DNA from: an uncultured Actinomycetes bacterium
GTDB lineage: Bacteria; Actinomycetota; UBA4738; HRBIN12
NCBI GenBank assembly: GCA_963797635.1
Contig: CAWCPZ010000003.1
Coordinates: forward strand, 141,346-205,345
Direction: 5' to 3'
Length of the DNA: 64,000 nt
The notes beneath the pieces were generated by a model. The model had not been told where the DNA came from. It ran no database searches and was given only the letters and a program-made list of their open reading frames with translations. This document shows, piece by piece, positions 61,158 through 64,000 of the stretch. Numbering within the stretch: the stretch's first letter is position 1; each line of letters begins with the position of its first letter. Position numbers and translations under genes: made by a program.

Positions 61158-62573
61158 ATGACCACTCGCAGAGCGGAACCCGCCTCACCCAGTGAACGGC
61201 GGGCACGGGGGAAGGAAGCCCGCGCGCAGACGCCTCGATCCAGCCACGAAGGCTGGACGGCGTCGGCCGAGCGTCCTGACCCCGTGGCTCTGCTCGAGCA
61301 GCAGAACACCACCCGCGAGCCGGACCTGGTGCCGGTTCGTCACGGCCGGATGATGGTCTCGCCGTTCACGTTCTACCGGGGCGCGGCCAAGATCATGGCC
61401 GCCGACCTCGCGGGGACCCCCACCGCCGGGCTCGACGTCCAGCTGTGCGGTGACGCGCACCTGTCGAACTTCGGCGTGTTCGCGTCGCCGGAGCGCACGC
61501 TGTTGTTCGACCTGAACGACTTCGACGAGACGTTGCCGGGCCCGTTCGAGTACGACGTCAAGCGCATGGCGGCCAGCTTCGTGATCGGCGGGCGGAACAA
61601 CGGCTTCTCGGCGGCCGACGCACGTTCGGCAGCCGGCGCCAGCGTTGCCGCCTACCGGAAGGCGATGGCCGAGTTCGCCGAGATGGGGACGATGGACGTC
61701 TGGTACGCGCGCCTCCCGGCCGACCAGATCCTGTCGGCCGTGGGAGCCAACGCCAAGACGAAGCAGGAACGCAAGTTGGTGACGCAAGCCGGCAAGGCCC
61801 TGGCGAAGGCGAAGACACGCGACAGCTTGCAGGCCTTATCGAAACTCTCCGAGGAGGTCGACGGGCAGCGCCGCATCATCAGCGATCCGCCGGTGCTCAT
61901 CCCCGAGCGCGAACTCGGTCAGGCCTACGGCCTCTCACCCGAGGAGATGGGGAAGGTGGTTCGCGCACAGTTCCGCGCCTACCGTTCGACGCTCCCCGAC
62001 GACCGCCGCAAGCTCCTGGAACGCTTCCACCTGGTCGACATGGCGCGCAAGGTCGTGGGCGTGGGCAGCGTGGGCACCCGGGCATTCATCGCGTTGATGG
62101 ACGGCCGCGACGGCCAGGATCCCCTGTTCCTCCAGGTGAAGGAAGCCACCGCCTCGGTGCTCGAAGACCATCTGCCGGCGAGCAAGTACAAGCAACCGGG
62201 CGAACGCGTGGTGCAGGGTCAGCGGCTGATGCAGGCCGCGAGCGACATCTTCCTGGGTTGGGCGCGCGGCGCCGAGGCGAACCGGTACTTCTACTGGCGC
62301 CAGCTCCGTGACATGAAGGGCTCCGCGGTGGTCGAGTCCATGTCCCCCGTTGCCCTCTCGTTCTACGCGGAGCTGTGCGGATGGACCCTGGCCCGGGCCC
62401 ACGCCCGATCCGGCGACCCCGTGGCGATCGCCGCCTACCTGGGCGGCAGCGACCGTTTCGACCGCGCGATGGAGGATTTCTCCGAGCGCTACGCCGATCA
62501 GAACGAGCTGGACTACGCGGCATTCATCAAGGCCGTCGCCGATGACCGGATCGCCGCGACCGAAGGCGTCTGA
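61158..62573 (+). CDS. DUF2252 family kinase-like protein
   Basis: RHGRMMVSPFTFYRG, CGDAHLSNFG, DLNDFDE, KVVGVGSVGTR, LQVKEA, RQLRDMK, LARAHARSGD. Confidence 0.93.
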   Translation: MTTRRAEPASPSERRARGKEARAQTPRSSHEGWTASAERPDPVALLEQQNTTREPDLVPVRHGRMMVSPFTFYRGAAKIMAADLAGTPTAGLDVQLCGDAHLSNFGVFASPERTLLFDLNDFDETLPGPFEYDVKRMAASFVIGGRNNGFSAADARSAAGASVAAYRKAMAEFAEMGTMDVWYARLPADQILSAVGANAKTKQERKLVTQAGKALAKAKTRDSLQALSKLSEEVDGQRRIISDPPVLIPERELGQAYGLSPEEMGKVVRAQFRAYRSTLPDDRRKLLERFHLVDMARKVVGVGSVGTRAFIALMDGRDGQDPLFLQVKEATASVLEDHLPASKYKQPGERVVQGQRLMQAASDIFLGWARGAEANRYFYWRQLRDMKGSAVVESMSPVALSFYAELCGWTLARAHARSGDPVAIAAYLGGSDRFDRAMEDFSERYADQNELDYAAFIKAVADDRIAATEGV

Positions 62574-62628
62574 CCCGGCCTCCGATCAGGTCGGCCCGTG
62601 CTGATCGATCGCGTGGCAGACTGACCTC

Positions 62629-62907
62629 GTGGACGACGAAGCACTCCTCGCCCGAGCCGAAGCGGCCCTGACCGAGATCAAGATCGGTCAGGGACTCTCC
62701 GAACACCACGCCGCGGTGCTCGCCGCCTTGCGCATCCGGTTGAAGGGCAGCGAGGGGAAGTCGCTGGAGGAGATGCTCGAGGCGGCCGACGATCCGGGAC
62801 CGGACATCCTCGCGGAGAAGCTGGCGGAAGCCCAGCGGGCGTCCAAGCCCACGCTGGACGACCTGTTCGCCAAGGACCCCAAGCCGAAACCCGACTGGCC
62901 TTCCTGA
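62629..62907 (+). CDS. Hypothetical protein (92 aa)
   Basis: Natural-looking ORF with high GC at third positions filling the gap between genes. Confidence 0.6.
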   Translation: MDDEALLARAEAALTEIKIGQGLSEHHAAVLAALRIRLKGSEGKSLEEMLEAADDPGPDILAEKLAEAQRASKPTLDDLFAKDPKPKPDWPS

Positions 62908-63012
62908 TCCAAGCCTGTCCCTCAGGCACTCCGTGCATGGTTTTCGAATCCTTGCGCATGGGTACCGGCGATTCGAACGCTCCCCGAGGGGCCCCGAAAC
63001 AGGGAGGTGGGC

Positions 63013-64000
63013 ATGCTTCGACGCATGCGTTGGTTGCCGGCAGCGATCCTGCTGGCGTCACTGTCCGTACCGGTAGCGGCCGCGAGTGCCGCGCCGGGCG
63101 ACGCTCGCGCGGTCGTCACGGCTGCACGAACGTTGCCACCCGACTACAAGCTGCCATCGCTCGCGACGCGAGACGCGCGGGCGCTTGCCGCTCAGGAGCG
63201 GGCGAGCGCAGGCGAACGATCGACCGTCGGAGACGAGAAGCTCTGGCTCGCTCTCGATGACGCCACCGGCGAGCTGTACGTCAAGGAATACACCCTGCGG
63301 GGCGTCGGCGAACACGCCGAGGTGTGGGTCGCGAGCGACCAGGACGACGTCTCGACCGAACACGAGGTTCCCGGCGGGAGATTGTCGCAACGGGATCCGC
63401 ACGAGGATCACGAACGCCCAGGTGCAGTACCTGATCGGCCAGTTCGACGGGAACATCTACCCGAAGGAGGCGCAGGTCTTCAGCACGCCTCCGGACCGCA
63501 ACGGCCAGGCCGCGCCGCTCACCGAGATCCTCGATCTGCCCGCCAACTACTACCGCGGCGATGGAGACGACATCGCCGTCCTGATCGACAACGTGCGTGA
63601 CGCGAACTTCTACGACACCGACAACCAGTCGAACCTGACCTACATCGCCGGATTCTTCTCGAGCGGCTTCAACGAGCTGCTCAACCGCAACGTCATGACG
63701 ATCGACTCGTTCGACTGGCTGCACCGCACCGGCGCGAACCCGCCCCACGAGCCGACCGACGATCCGTGCACCAGCGCACCGGCGCGGCCGTCCCTGTACG
63801 AAGGGGTGTTCGCCCACGAGTACCAGCACCTGCTGGAGTACTACGAGGACCCGGGCGAGACGATCTGGATGAACGAGGGACTGGCCGACTGGGCGCAGAC
63901 CCTCACGAACTACGTCGACCCCAGCGTCCCCATCGACCAGCTCGGCTACGACAGTCACATCCAGTGCTTCCTGGGATATCTGGGTATCCAGACCCCGTTC
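63013..64000 (+). CDS. Secreted zinc metallopeptidase (M30/M6-like), partial, frameshift ~63360
   Basis: Signal peptide; after the frameshift YIAGFFS, GVFAHEYQHLL, WMNEGLAD. Confidence 0.8.

Noticed and set aside
171-63600. Programmed frameshifting or mass pseudogenisation
   Set aside because: The indels are scattered without shared slippery motifs and hit genes with fully conserved active sites; sequencing error is more parsimonious.

Overview
High-GC (roughly 70% by eye) actinobacterial chromosome segment. The assignment rests on a Gram-positive-type LexA box, a DUF222-HNH gene, LigC/Prim-Pol, a soluble acyl-ACP desaturase and a GT87. About 55 genes are present. Roughly 20 are split by single-base indels, which look like long-read consensus errors rather than pseudogenes. 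I saw no rRNA, tRNA, CRISPR array, transposase or integrase. Content from left to right: (i) a Tad/Flp pilus operon (flp-tadE-tadG-cpaB-cpaE-cpaF) divergent from two GT-C-fold membrane glycosyltransferases, then three tandem kinase-less NarL/LuxR regulators, each with a different receiver-site defect; (ii) redox and housekeeping genes; (iii) a co-oriented hpr-ppc-sga-mcl-mtkA-mtkB cluster, which is the diagnostic core of the serine cycle and unexpected in an actinobacterium; (iv) an SOS-boxed DUF222-HNH gene with Prim-Pol and LigC; (v) typA, a polyamine-type ABC system lacking its ATPase, ppk2 and a large secreted malectin/FN3 protein; (vi) a class I aldolase, a degenerate adenylate cyclase-ATPase, an L,D-transpeptidase and a putative amino-sugar kinase/SIS operon; (vii) a desaturase plus a ufaD/ufaO/ufaM-like lipid-modification operon with a SigK-like promoter; (viii) DUF1800/DUF1501, DUF2252 and secreted peptidases. 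The two strongest leads are the serine-cycle-like operon and a sigma28/WhiG-type promoter motif (..A(G/C)-N15-16-(G/A)CCGAT) found five times just upstream of start codons. That motif links the atypical regulators, the pilus-adjacent glycosyltransferase, the L,D-transpeptidase and DUF1800. All assignments come from manual motif recognition; no database searches were run.
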